64,000 bases of DNA from Minutocellus sp. GHC0000111 (taxonomy: Eukaryota): assembly GCA_977018835.1 (NCBI GenBank), contig OZ361258.1, positions 4,526,001-4,590,000 of the forward strand. Direction: 5' to 3'. Positions 1-13,100 of this stretch are shown here, in pieces. Each line of letters starts with the position of its first letter. Position 1 is the first letter of the stretch. The position numbers and the translations under genes are program-made. The notes under the pieces were generated by a model, which saw only the letters and a list, made by a program, of their open reading frames with translations, was not told where the DNA came from and did not search any database.

Positions 1-3000
1 AGCTGGTTGAGCTCTATTGGTATGGAACCCGAAAGATTGTTGTCGAACAGGTCAAGCTCCAGTAAGTTTCTCAGTGATCCCAACGAAGACGGAATGGTGG
101 ATGCAAGGCGATTCCGAGGAAGAACAAGTCGTTCAAGGTACGATAAATTTCCCATTTCCTCTGGCATTGCTCCATCCATCCCAACCCTATCTAGCTCCAA
201 GCCTACGACAAAGCCATCATCGTTGCAAGATACACCGTTCCATGAACATTCGTTCTCATCCGACAAAAACGACGCTCTATTGTCGGAACATTCTGGCGAC
301 GATATACCGCATTTGTTCCAAGAATCGCCGTTTGTGCTAAAGTAGAGCAGGGCCAAAACATACCGTTGCACTGTAAAAGGGCCATATGGATCCATTCTTT
401 TGTCATTTGCAATCCAACTGATTGCTTTGTGTTGCGGCGAAGTTGTGTCGAGGATGTCGTCTTCATTGCTCACTTGGCTTAGAACCGCAGCAAATCGTTG
501 GTAGTCGGCGTCATCCACGGGAGACGTCCATGTTGGCCTTGGGCGCTGGCGTGAGGGAGGAGAAGTCGGAGCAAGTGACGGTCGTAGGTAGTTGCCGCCT
601 TGATTGTCTTGCCGATAAGTCGGTGCAATCGACGGAGCCGCAGTGGGCGCAGACGAGTCATTTCTTCCACCACCAATTCCAGCAGCATTTGCAGAACTGC
701 TGCCAGTAAAATCAACCGTGAAAGCTATAACAATCCCGGCGATAAGTGCAAGGACACCCACCAGACTGAAAATATAGAACCAGCTACGATGTCCCCGATA
801 GAACGAAATGAATTTGTTGTTTTCCGATGGTGACGGAGGTCCATTCACATTGTCGGCATGCATTGGCAGTACTGCCGAAGAGGGCGGTCGCTGCACCGAA
901 CGGATAGACTTGCGCGGGGGCTTTGGGGCCGTGCTGAGAGATTGCGCAAAGAGTGGGATCGCCGGAATTGAAAAATCCTCCTGTTTGAAATTCTCTCACC
1001 CCGATTGCCTTCCTCCATATGAGCAAGATCGGCGAGATGAGGATCATCAACATGGTCCTCTTGCACATCCATTTGCTCAGTGGTATCGTTTCCGTCAGAG
1101 CTTTCTTCAGAGTAAGCGCCCTGTTCAACGAATGCTGCGGTGTCATCATGGAGACCCTGTTCGCTGTCCTCATCAGCAGGGATATCTTGTGGGTGCATTC
1201 CAAGATCATCAGTCGCTTGCCAAACCTCGGTTCCAACCGTTTTGTCCTCGTGTTGCAAGGTACTCTGGCCCGCCGTACTCACTCCAATGCTTCTATTGGA
1301 GGCATTTGTGTCTTGAGCAAGCATCGAGCGCGCCAACGAGGTCTCCATGGTCACACCCGACTCTCTTGAACGGTGACTAATATCTCTTGTCATTGAGAGA
1401 TGCGCCTGAGATGGCAATGCTCTCGCGTTTTCAGTTGCTTCTCGCCTCATGGACGTTGCCGTATGAGCCAGAGAGGCCTTCATAGTGAGGCCGCTAACCT
1501 CTTTTTGCATGGAATCATACTTCGATGTGGCGTCGACGGAATCAATACCGCCTGGCCCTTGCTGTGGCGGTCTAGTTGGCAATTGTCGCTGCTGGTTGAA
1601 TTTGCCACTATCGTTCCATTGCTCAAACCTTTTGCGAGATGATGAGGTCGAAGAACCATCGTTGTCACCAATGCTTGCTTGTTCGTTCACATGGCCCTTG
1701 TTGCTATCAAGCCCATCATAATCATCATCCCGGAAGCAGGATGAGAGATTAGATGACGATCCCATAAGGCTACTAGCCGAAATCAATGTGTTTTGTCGTG
1801 CAAGGTCCTCAGCACGGGCCCTTATCGAGGATGATCCAAATTGCTCGTAGGAAGATGGCACAACACAATCGATCTTCCGTTCGTCCACATTTTGAGTTAC
1901 AAGGGAAGGTCCCGCTGGTGAAAGGTCGACATTGGCCTCAAGATCAACATCCTCTTCTTCTGAACCATACTCGAAGCTTTCCTCGACAACAGGCGGGAGC
2001 ATCGTTGGAGCAAAGCCAACAGGATCGCTACTGCTCGAGGAGTTGCTGCAACTAATACTCGTCGACGATTTCTTGTCAATCGTCGAAGCCTGTCTCTTTG
2101 GCGAAGCTTCGGACGAAACACCGGCCGTCTGGATAGACGATATCTTGCGAGAAGCTGGTGGCAAATCATCATCAAAGTGGTCCGAGAGATGAGATGACCC
2201 AACACTAGACGCGTCAAAATCTCGTCCGTCCTGCCCCGCTTCCAAGTCAATTTCGTCGCCTCCTGCACTACTGCCGGACGATGGCACATCGCTCTCGACA
2301 AGATCAGGCTGGCGACATTCGTCTCCCGATGCGTCTGATCCTAAAGAGGGAAGACATGACACTCCTCCGCAAGCAACCGCACCCAATGCTAGCACCTGTC
2401 GCACATGGTCTTCATCGTAGCTTGCATCGGATGGTGAGTACTTGGTGGAAACAGAGTCATGTTGGGCACTGCCATCACTTCCACTGCCCCTCGTATCATC
2501 AATGCTCTGCTGATCCATGACCATCCCACCCAGGGCAGATTTGTTGCAAAGATATTGGGATATGCTGGACGATGAGCCAGCGGAGATTGCCAAAGAGTTG
2601 AAACGAGTAAGCTCCTCGGCGCCAGCACGTGCGCCGTCATTGTTCTTTGGGAGACTATCATTTTCAGTTTGGCCGACATTCATTGATTTGACCCTCTTCT
2701 GCCTCAGCCTCCAAGCGCGTTGAATAGTCCTGGCAGCTGTTGCCTGTATCACAAAGGCTTTCCGAACCTGCGATCCTCTGAATTGAGCTTGAAATGCAAC
2801 ACAGCAACGAACGAGGGTAATGTATCTATGGAATCGATCCCTCTCCCTGTATGATCGGAAGCACGTTTGCAACACAACCACAGCACGGCGCTTCTCCTCA
2901 AAGTGACGATAGACTAATTTTCTTCGTGCGATGTTCTGCAAGATAACAATGCCTCGAACCAACGCAGTGTAATTCCGAAAGCGCGACTTCTCCGTTACCA

Positions 3001-6000
3001 TGCGATAAGTCGATTGTATCAGCAACGCTGACCTCTGCTGCCTCCGACACGATCTCTGTGCTACCAGACGACGGCATGAAGACTGCAAAATGACAGCAGT
3101 GCAATCTCTCTTTTGTCGTCGATCATCCTTGTACGCACGCCAGGCATTCTGAATACATCGGGCAGAGTCATTTTGTTGAGTGAGAAGACGTCGAGCAGCA
3201 ACACCCCTCGCCAAGGACTGTAGCAAGATGCAGCCACGAACAAGGCAAATATATCTGTCAAATCGCTCTCTCTCTGAATCCAGCCGCGGGTTTGCCGTTG
3301 GATGCAGAGAGCCGACCATTTGGCACGCCGGAAGTTGCTCCTTGCAAGCGCGGTACGGAAAATAGTTTGGAGCTTGGTGGCAGCATTCTTTCGTCGCAAC
3401 TCGACGGCGCATAACCGCTTGGCACGGTAGCTTCTCCAGACCGATTGGATGCATTTCGCAGCATCATCGTCGCGTCGTTGGCGCTGCCTCGTTCCTGTGC
3501 CACGCCCCACTGCCTGAAGAAGAATCACTGCTCTCACAGTTCGAAGATACTTTGCTCTGGCTTGACGAGAACGCCAAGTGCGTGCGATGGTGGTGGCACT
3601 TTTGTTGGCCTCGGCTTGTTGTTGTCGTTGGGATTGTCTCACAATGCTTCCGCGACCCATTGACTGAAGAACAACAGCAGCCTTCAAAACTTGAAGATAT
3701 TGGGACCTTGCGTAATGAGAACGCCAAGTGCGTGCGATAATGGTGGCACTCTCCTTTTGCTTCGATATCGACTTACGCTGATGCAACCCACGATAGATGG
3801 CCTGAAAGGCAGTGACAGAGTCGACCATGGAGCGGTAGTCTTCGAATCGGGCTCTTTGTATCGACCCTCTATAAGCTGCTTGAATAGACACACTGGCGGC
3901 TCGTTGGCGGGCGTAGGATCGTACCAACGACATCGATCGAAACGAAGACTGCAAGATGATGGCGGCTGCTGTTTCCTTTGCTTCAACCTTCCTTTTGGCC
4001 TTTTCGCGTCGGACGGCCCTCTGAATGAGGATCGCAGCTGCTAGCTGCTTATCGTGCTCTCTTTCGGCTATCAATTGCCTCACAAAAGCTTGAATCAGTA
4101 CACATGGCCGCAGCAACCTTTGGTATTGTCTCCGCTGTGAAGAGCCTCGGGCGGTCGATTGAAAATATATCGCGGCATCTCGAGTCTCAGCAAACGATTT
4201 CTGCGCTGAATGCATCCTCCACCAAGATGCTATTGTCGTAGCACTGCGTTCGTTCTCTTCCTCCGCGGCAATGACACATCTTCGCCACCAACTCTGCACG
4301 TACCTCGCGGCAGCTACTTGGCGCTGCAACGCCCGCCTCTCTTGTGCACCTCTCGCAACGGCTTGCAGCGAGGCTACTCCATTCACCAAAGCTATGTGGC
4401 GCCGATAGGTTTGACGGCAACTATGTCCCCGAGCAGCGGATTGTAGAGTGATGCTTGCTGATCTCTTTTGACGGTAGACTTCTCTTGCGATGTGTCGACG
4501 CCACGAACTTTGGATTGCCACGGCGCTTTCAGTTTGGAGATCTCGACGTTCTTTCACTTCTTGCAACTGGCGGCGACAAATAAGGCCTCTTGCCCAGGCC
4601 TGGGCCATGCAAATCGCGCTAACGGATCGATGAAATTCAGCTCTTGCCAACACTCGTCGAGTATGGGTCTGGACAAGTATAGCAGAGGCTCGGGTCTGCG
4701 TGTACCTTTTTCGAGCAATAGATTGGCGCGCAGCCCACTGGATTGTAGTAGCCGCAGCGGTACGTTACATCTTCAATTCTTCGCTTATCTTGTAGCTTCG
4801 GTAATGATGCTGGATGCAAAACACGGCATTGTCCTTCTTGGTAAGAATTGATCGTTCCCGAGCACCTCGGGCAATACTCTGTAACGCAATGACCCCCTTT
4901 AGCAACAAGCGATACCGTGCATACTGCTTCTTCTGCAAACCTCCTCGAATCATTGCCTGGGCTTTGACGATGGCCAATTGCTGACGACGATAATGCTGTT
5001 GGAAAATATGAGAGCGCCAGACCGCTTGAATTTGACATGCCGCTGCAACCTCCGTCTTCTGTGCTAACTGCGAATACCACCATACCTGGATCACTGTCGC
5101 CGCACGATGCTGCTTCAAACAATTCGTCTGCAATCGTTGCAAATGCCCGCGACCTAACGCTTGCAGTTTTACGCAAGCCCGCCAAACACATTGATAATTT
5201 TGTGTCGCAAAATGGCCACGATACGTCGACTGAATCATGCAAGCAGACTTTCTCTTCATTGCGAATGCTTTGCGCTTCCGAACCGAGCGCCAGTACGATT
5301 GAATAATAAGCGCTGCCTTTGCTGCAATGTCTTGCACCGCTTTCAGCAGCCTGGCGCGAACGGCTTTCTGGATAGCGATGGCTGAGCGAACTATCTGCAG
5401 CCACTTTTTCCTTGCAGAGTATGATCGCCATGCAGATTGGAGAGCGATCGCACCATTCCGACGAAGACGAAATGCACCGATTCTCTCTTGCGCTTGCTTC
5501 CGACTCTTCACAACAGCCTCGTCCTTGGTTGGATCATCCGGGAGCTTGTTTGCCTTTGCTTCCCACATTGCCGACAAGTTGCCCACCGCCCTTTGCTCCT
5601 CATGAACGATGTTTGGATTCGCTAGTTCTCTTTTGGCCAAGTCTTTTCGCACAACATCCGACTCTGACGACTCTGTTCCTAACGACGATTCCAAGGACTT
5701 GCCAGAGGCAGACTCCGACCCTGGCGCTGATGATACATCTTCCGAGGAAGAAACCTCGCAATCCATCGTTGATAGTCTCTTGGCTCTCGTCTCTTGCTCG
5801 TCGGCTTTCTCTGGAGATATAATGTTTTCAATACAAACAATAACCCAACCCTTCTGAATCGAATCGACGTCTGTGGGCTGTGGCTTCAACGGGCACTTTC
5901 GCAGCTTTTGTGGAGAATCGGGCCAAGCTTGGTAGTTGTCCTCACCTTCATGGCTGCTTTCTCCATTATCATCCGCCTCGTCGGCGCCCCAACCAACATA

Positions 6001-9000
6001 AAGCGGTTCAAGAGATGGTTCTGAGGCAGATTTAGCGGTAGCTAAAGGGCCTATCTTTTGTTCATCGTTGATACCGGCCGATGGCTAGGAAGTTTTTCGG
6101 GAGACGAAGATGCCTTGGCCCGCAAGGGCGCGGTTATCGATTTAATGGAGGATTCGGCTACGCTTCCCACCGCCCAATCTTCTTTTGTTACGACCATCCT
6201 TGCTGGTGGCGTGTCCACCGATGACGATCCTTCGGTATAAGATGATTCTGAGCCAGGGGAAGAAGACGATGGGGAGGATGAGGGAGATGACGCGCGTTGT
6301 CCTTTTCCTAACATGCCGGGCTTTGAGAGTGCTTCGCTTCTTCATCGACCGAGCTTCGAAGGTCAAAGGGATCATGTATCGCGCTACGGCCATGCAACTC
6401 TTGCTCGGACGAGTCAAATTTTTGCTCCATCGGAGATTCGACCTCCTCTGGATCCTCCCGAATACTTGGTATGGTCTGCTTCTGACGTAAAGCATCCGTT
6501 CCTTGCTCCTTCCCTCGGCCAAACATCCGTTTATACACAGGAAGTTCTCAGGCTTCTTATTGATCGCGTCGCCGGCACTCGCTTCCCTAATTGCATCCTC
6601 CTGCACTGTACTTCGAAGTTGAGCGGTGGTGCTCTTGATGGACGAATCTGCAATTGATCCCTTATCCCAATCCGGCTCGGCAACTACATATTCCGCTGGA
6701 AGTGACGACTCCGACGACGAGCCGGATGTGTAGGATTCTGAGGATGAAGATTCCGAAGAGGACGAAGAAGAGGAGGAATCATCGTCGTGTTGATCTTGAT
6801 TGCTAGTGTTCTGTCTTTGATCCTGCAACCAACGCGGAGGCTTCACCGGACCAGAATCAGAAGTTGTTGCAGAACCGAGATCAAAGGGATCATACGCCTT
6901 CTCATCGTCATTCTTCTTCCTTGCATCGCTGCCGGTATCGGTACTATTCGCCGGAGTCGATCGCCCCAAACCAAGCTTCTCTTTCAGATGTTCATCTACT
7001 TTGGCATTCGTACCATCGTCGTCATCGTCGTCATCGTCGTCGAGGCTAACGGAACCTGAAATCCAGCTTGACTTTGACGACGGACTATTCGGATGCTTTC
7101 TCGATCCGTTGCCTGTATTGCCATTATCTGCACCATATCGAGACTGCTGCGCCTTGGGCCCTTCTAGCTCATCTCCTGCCACCTTCTGCGACACCTCGGA
7201 GTCCAGCTCCTCGCTCCGATCTCTGGAGTCATCTTCTCCAAAGCTGAAGGGATACGCAGGGCGGGCTATCCCAACTCGCCCCCCAAGACGGCGAACGCTG
7301 GCCTCGGCACTCCTATCATCGGCATCATCATCGCCATAGCCATCGCCAAGGGCACTTTCGACATCCTCGTAGCACCCATCGGCGGTAGAGGAGTCGTCAT
7401 CATCCCCGTGACCGTCATCCTGCAGCGAATCCATCAGCACATGCGCTACCGCCGACGGTCCCGACGACGAGCCTCGCGAGGTCCCCTCCCCACGGTGCTG
7501 TTCTGCCGCAGACGACGACGCCGCCGCAGCGGGCACCTCCCTCTCGTACCCGCCAAAGAGCCCCATCTGCTTCGACCGGCGGATCGCCACGTTCCGCTGC
7601 GCCTCGTCCATGAGACGCTGGGCCCGCTCGGAAGACGACAGCGTTGGTACTTTTGGTGCGGGGGCAGGTTTGGCACTACTACGAGTAGTAGTAGGAGGTT
7701 TGGACTGCCGGTCCTCTGCACCGGCGGGCGATCCATCGAACGGCACTGCCCCAACCCCAACTCCAAGCTGGATGAGCATCCGATTCGTAGCACTGGACCG
7801 CCGTCCTCCTTTGTCTTCTCCCCCTCCACCGCCAACCCTACCACCAACAATGGCATCCTTTGCCCTCCGATGGTGGCTGGGCAGGATTTTATGCTCGGAT
7901 TCGTTCCAGCTCACAAAGGATTCGGACCCATCGTCGCTGCTGTGGTCGCTGTTGTTGCCACTACGAGACGATCCAGTCCCCGTCGACCAACCTCCGTCGG
8001 TAATCTGCGATCGAGTGGTGGCCGACATGGCCCTCGACGCTCGAGACACCCGAGAACGCGCCGGTGATGCTGCTGCTGGATGGCTATTGATGACGCCACC
8101 GCGAGGACTAGAGCCAGACCCAGATCCAGAGCCAAGAGCAGTACTACTACCACCACCCGCCTTCTCCGGCTGATGTTCGCCCAAGCTAGCACTGCTGCCC
8201 CTCGGTGGTATCCTGGCAGCAGCACCACCACCACCAGCCACCGATGACGAAGACTCTGCTCCACCAACTGCCTCCTCCCCGCTCTTCTTCTCCTCACTCC
8301 GCTGCAACGCCTGGGCGATGCTCAATAACTGCTCCGCGCTGTGCCGCGTATCGGCGCTGTTGGATCGGGTTCGATAGAAGTACAATCCCGCCGTCGAATC
8401 GGCCGACGCCGAGTGCGTTGGACTGGACACCGCCTCGGCCCGGTCTGGTGGCGGCGGTGGACGTGGAAGTTGCCGCTGCCGCCTCCTCCCCCGTCGCGCT
8501 GGTGGGGGAACAACCGGTCGCCGTTGGTCGCTGCTGGTTTCGCCACTTGCTGGTACCGCCGCCCCCCTGCTCGGGTGCACCTTTGGCGCCGCTGCCTCCA
8601 CCTGCCGACTTGGATCGCAATCGCTGTCGCTGTTACTGTCCGGGCTATCGCCGTCGCTGCTGCTGTGGCTCTCCTCGGCCGAGCTCGGACAGAGCAGCCG
8701 CGACGCCGACCGTTCCGCCCGGGGTTGCGGCGGCGACCGTCCTCTTCGCTGGCCCCTCCTTCTTGCACCGTTGCTGCCGCTGCTGCCGTGGTGGAAGCTC
8801 CCGCCGAGGTTATTGCTGCTGCGATTGGTCTGTATAAATTGTCTGCTACTGCCTCTGGTTCGTTCGTCGTCGTCCTGATATTGATCGGATATCAACGACT
8901 GCAGCGACCTCGAAGCGTGGAATGACGCCGATCGGTCGAGCTGCTGCTGCTGCTGCTCGTGGCTATTGGCGCCTTCTTCCGCCGGTGGAGTCTGGCGTGT

Positions 9001-9018
9001 TGCTGCCCGATCGTCCAT
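1..9018 (-). CDS. Giant IQ-repeat / single-TM / LRR receptor-like protein, running off the window start; interrupted by frameshifts and one in-frame stop
   Basis: Minus ORFs 6142-9018, 6308-6538, 6051-6314, 4765-5889, 3061-4653 and 845-3454 chain through frameshifts (~6540, ~6310, ~6060, ~3270, ~990) and an in-frame TAA at 4765-4767. IQxxxRG-type motifs fill ~2700-5460. An unlisted frame from ~990 to 1 reads WFYIFSLVGVLALIAGIVIAF (TM), QRYVLALLYFSTNGDSW, ECSWNGVSC and LRRs such as LGSLRNLLELDLFDNNLSGSIP. Confidence 0.7.
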
Positions 9019-9425
9019 CGTGGGAAAACTGCAATCGTGTCAGAGCCGGGCCACTCTTTGAAAGTGAAAGTAGACACACAGAAAAAATGTCCGAATGTCC
9101 GAGCGAGCGAACTCGAGGCGTCCAATGAAAAAGTTATGCTACTCGGGCAGAGATGTGCTGCAATGCAACTGGGCACAGCCTGGCTCCACACTGAGGAATG
9201 AGACGAAGGAATGGCCACACGGTGGTGGTGGCGATAGCCGCTCTTCAACCGACGTTGTCGCCCAGCGCGCACCCCATTGTTCCGTCGATATTGCCAGAGC
9301 CCGCCACAAAGGGCGCGCCTGCAGGCTTGAGAATGACGTGCGAGAAAACAAAACCACGCCACTCAATCGCCTTTTCAATCTCATTTTTCCAGGAAGCACG
9401 AACTGTTTGGCCATGATGTGAAGCC

Positions 9426-10751
9426 ATGAAGCCCACCTTCCAGCGCTCCCACCGCTCCCATCAGCACGGAGGCCTCACAACAACAATATCCTCCGCATTC
9501 CGAAGATGCGGAACGGCCGGCCCGCTCGGGTTGGCGTCGGCACTGATCCTCCTCATTCTGTACGCCGGTCAGGGCAGCAACGGCAGCAACAGCAACAACA
9601 GCGGAAGCTCCGTCGAAGCACAAGCACAGCACACAGTGGTGCAGCAGCCCCAGCAGGCCCATGCGGTATCCAGCACCGAGGTTTCCCGACCATCAAATGG
9701 TCAATCCGGCACAGCTGATCCTCTTACAAGAACGGTGCAAAATAACAACATCAGTCTCAAGCCCAATCGGATAACCCTGGGTGGAAGACAACAAGTCCTG
9801 TACCAGTTCCCACCCAACGACTCTTCACAACCACCATCCTGCTCGTCCGAAAGTCTCAAGGGAGTGCTCTTCCTGTACCACGGCTGCACCCGTACGGCCA
9901 TGAGCTTCTTCTACTCCCCCCAGGGGCGGGATATGATGCAAACCGCCCTGTCGGCGGGGTTGGCCGTCGTCGCCTTCGAGAAGGAGGGGAGCTGCTGGTC
10001 CTCCTCGAATGACTTGGACGTGAGCATCGATATAGGCACGGAGTGGATCGACAAGTACCTTGCGGAACGTTGCGGTGAGGACTTTGCCAAAATCAACAAG
10101 ATGCCGATTTTTGGATTTGGCGCCTCGTCGGGTGGGTCGTTCGTGGCGGAAGTTGCCGGTGCGACGGCAAAGCAGCAGCAGGAGGAGGAGGGCACCACCA
10201 AGGAGGGATTTCAATTGGCCGCCATCAACGTCCAAATCATGACCCCGCACGTGGCCATCCACACGCCGACGGTGTTCAAGGTCATGAGCCGTGATGAATT
10301 CACGTTGCAGGGGGTTGAAGACATGGTCAGCGAGCTCAAAAGGGGGGACATACCAACGTTGCTTATCAAGACACAACCGAAGCGAATGACTGCGGAATAT
10401 CTTTTGGACAGATTTCAAATCGATAAACAATTTACAAAAGAGATTGCCAAGGGGATCGTTGGCGATTTGCAGCAGATGGGAGCGATAGCGGAAGATGGAG
10501 AGCTTATCCAGAACCCAAGATCTATAGACTTGGATCCATTATTCGTGAAATATCCAAAGGCTGCCGGCGGGGCATTTGGTGTTTCGTCGGAGTTATGGGA
10601 GATGATGACGCCAAGTGAACGGGACGATGCCTCCCAGCTGTGGCTTGTCGAGGAGCTCAACGTTGCCTACGATCAGCATGAGATTACGTACGAGAAGTTT
10701 GGCGATGTAATTGGATTTTTCTTCTCACAGTCTCAGGGGACGGCGTCGTAA
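9426..10751 (+). CDS. Type II membrane alpha/beta-hydrolase-fold protein
   Basis: 441-aa ORF with an N-terminal TM (LGLASALILLILYAG), VLFLYHGC and a nucleophile-elbow-like GASSGG. Confidence 0.65.
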   Translation: MKPTFQRSHRSHQHGGLTTTISSAFRRCGTAGPLGLASALILLILYAGQGSNGSNSNNSGSSVEAQAQHTVVQQPQQAHAVSSTEVSRPSNGQSGTADPLTRTVQNNNISLKPNRITLGGRQQVLYQFPPNDSSQPPSCSSESLKGVLFLYHGCTRTAMSFFYSPQGRDMMQTALSAGLAVVAFEKEGSCWSSSNDLDVSIDIGTEWIDKYLAERCGEDFAKINKMPIFGFGASSGGSFVAEVAGATAKQQQEEEGTTKEGFQLAAINVQIMTPHVAIHTPTVFKVMSRDEFTLQGVEDMVSELKRGDIPTLLIKTQPKRMTAEYLLDRFQIDKQFTKEIAKGIVGDLQQMGAIAEDGELIQNPRSIDLDPLFVKYPKAAGGAFGVSSELWEMMTPSERDDASQLWLVEELNVAYDQHEITYEKFGDVIGFFFSQSQGTAS

Positions 10752-10838
10752 GATAGTATGATATGTTCTAATATGGGCGGCCAGCCGGCCGATGTGTATC
10801 GGTATCTGTAGTACTACTTAGCAACTAAAAATCTACCT

Positions 10839-12855
10839 TTATTTCCCTTCTGCTGACAAATCAAAATCCAAGAAGTCATCGTCCAAATGATCCAATCCTG
10901 GCAAGTCGAGAATCTCCGCATCAAATGAATCCCGCCGTGAATGAGAAGCTGGTTGGGCTACCTTTGATGATGGGACCGCGGCTGGCTTGCGATCATCTTG
11001 GGCCGAGATATTTGCCGCTGCATCGCCACCGCTTTCATTTGCGCCGAGTTCAGACTTTTGCCGCTCTTCCCCTTTCTGCTTTTCTATCCTCAGCCTTCGA
11101 AGAAGGTTGTTTTTCCTCTAACAAATCATTTCGAAACACATAGCAACAAGACAGTGTAAGTTGAAAAAGGAAGAAATCTCAGCAGTTTTTTGACAGAACA
11201 AGACACAAAGAACACCCGGCACGTCTGTAAACATACCTGCTTGAGGGAGATACCTTCCTCATCGACAATTTCAACATCCTTTTTCCCTGGTATCAATTCG
11301 AAATGAAATCCACCAACGACCAGGGCATCGTACAGCGTCATGACGGCATCGTCCTGCTTCGCCTTGACAGCCCGGGCCATGCGCGGATCCATCACGTTGC
11401 GTGGCTTCTTCGTTTTCTTCTGCGCAGCAGTCTTTTGCCGTTTTGTGTACGTTGACATTTCCATGGCATTGCCGCTACCTCCGATTGACGTCACATTCAC
11501 ATTTGCCATCGAAGGGGCAGTGTCACTGCTTCCCGGAGGAGAAACCACCGCTGCTGCCATTGTCGTCACTGTGCCCTCGTCCACATTGCCCGCCGTCGGA
11601 GAGAGCGGAATGCCAGCACTGGCCGCCTCGAGGGATATCCGATCGATCAGGAATTGGTTCACGTCCAATCCCACACTGCCCCCGAGCTCTGCGGGTACCC
11701 GATCACTGGGCAAGTTGTACTCGGCCAGGTATCTAAGCAACTCCTCCGCCGATCCACGATGGAGCTTGCCGCGCAACCGCACATCTCGGGGGACGAAGCG
11801 CTTGACGGTCGGCAAGATCAGATAGTGCATCACCGGGCTGGCGTTGCATATGTGCGCGGCGCGCATGCGGATGGGAAGGGCGGCGTCGAGCCATTGCAGA
11901 TATTTGGGGGATTCCCGCGAAAATTGCCGTCCGCTGGTGTTGGCGCCGTTGACGAGGATGACGTACCCTCGACGGCGGAGGGCGTCGTCCTGCATCAGTA
12001 TGTGGAGGAGGTAGACAAAGGCCCGGAATTCCTGCCGGGTGCTGTACGGGGCAAGTCGCGGTTGCCCCAGCATTCAAAGATGATGCCTCTGGCGGCCATG
12101 TCGGTGTAAGGCATGAGCTGAAACACCTTCATTTGGGCCATGTTCATCACCTCGTTCTTCATGGATCCGCCCAGCGTCATGGGGAGGAAGCACTTGTCGT
12201 CGCCAAACAAGTCGCGGCGCAGATTCCAGTACTTGGCCATGCGGATGGCCGCCTTGTCGATTTCGTGGTCCTCGCATTCCAAGAATTGCAGCTTCTTGCG
12301 AGGGGACACCTCGTCAGGACAATGGAGCTGGGCCAGGTAGTACACCTCTGTCGTGGATTGGGGCAGCGCGCTCATTTGCTGCTCAAGGGCGGCCAGGCGC
12401 ATCCGATCCTGGTCTGATAATAGTGACAATTGCGACGCATCGTCCTGTAGCTGTCCAGCGCTGGGCAGCTGGTACACATTCGGAGCACCGTTCAACGCAC
12501 CACCACTGCTGATACCAGCACTGCTTGTACCAAATCCCAACCCCGACATGCCGTTCGTTATGCTTTGCACGCCGGTCAGGTCGGACTGCAATTTGAGCAG
12601 ATCCTGGATGGTCAGGGTGGCCAGCTCCCGGGCCTCGTCCTGCTCGGTGAAACGGTTGGTGGGCCGGGACAGTTCCACTGGCACATCGCTGGTGCTGCCG
12701 TTATGGTCATTGGCGCCGTCCTCATGGGATGACATGCTCGAGGGCGATGCGCCGGCTGCTGCAGCCGCCGCTGCCGCGGGAAAGCTGCATGTGTCGGCGG
12801 GCGGGACAGCGCAGCGTCCTCTTCCTCCTCCTCCCCCTTCGTGCCCAGCGTACAT
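10839..12855 (-). CDS. CRAL-TRIO (Sec14-like) protein with a C-terminal DPRM...RKNNLLRRLR domain
   Basis: ORFs 11995-12855 and 11126-12073 join by a frameshift at ~12060. CRAL-TRIO motifs FLECED..AAIRMAKYW.RR.LFG, PIRMRAAHIC and VPAELGG. GT-AG intron 11118-11236. The last exon has another frameshift and ends LSAEGK*. Start uncertain. Confidence 0.75.
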
Positions 12856-13100
12856 GATGAATATAAATAAGTACGATCGTAGCTATAAAATTGATGTTGG
12901 ACAGTCGGTTGGAGTTGGTACGGTAGCGGTGTAGTCAAAAGCTGACTCTATTGTGTTTATGATGAATACAATGATAGAGGCCTTCCAACGGCTACTACGT
13001 AGTACGGCTGGCTGCTGTATTCGTTCTCGTTCTCTCTGTTGTGCACCACAGGAACCATGGCTCGGCGATGTTTTAGGAGTTTTTGAGGAAAATAGGCCAG

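Noticed and set aside
2700..5460. Myosin or ASPM orthologue
   Set aside because: IQ repeats are present, but I see no motor domain or calponin-homology domains.
7001..9421. Numerous overlapping plus-strand and alternate-frame ORFs
   Set aside because: Shadow ORFs of GC-rich low-complexity coding sequence with no recognisable motifs. The same applies at 48700-50200 and 52400-53350.
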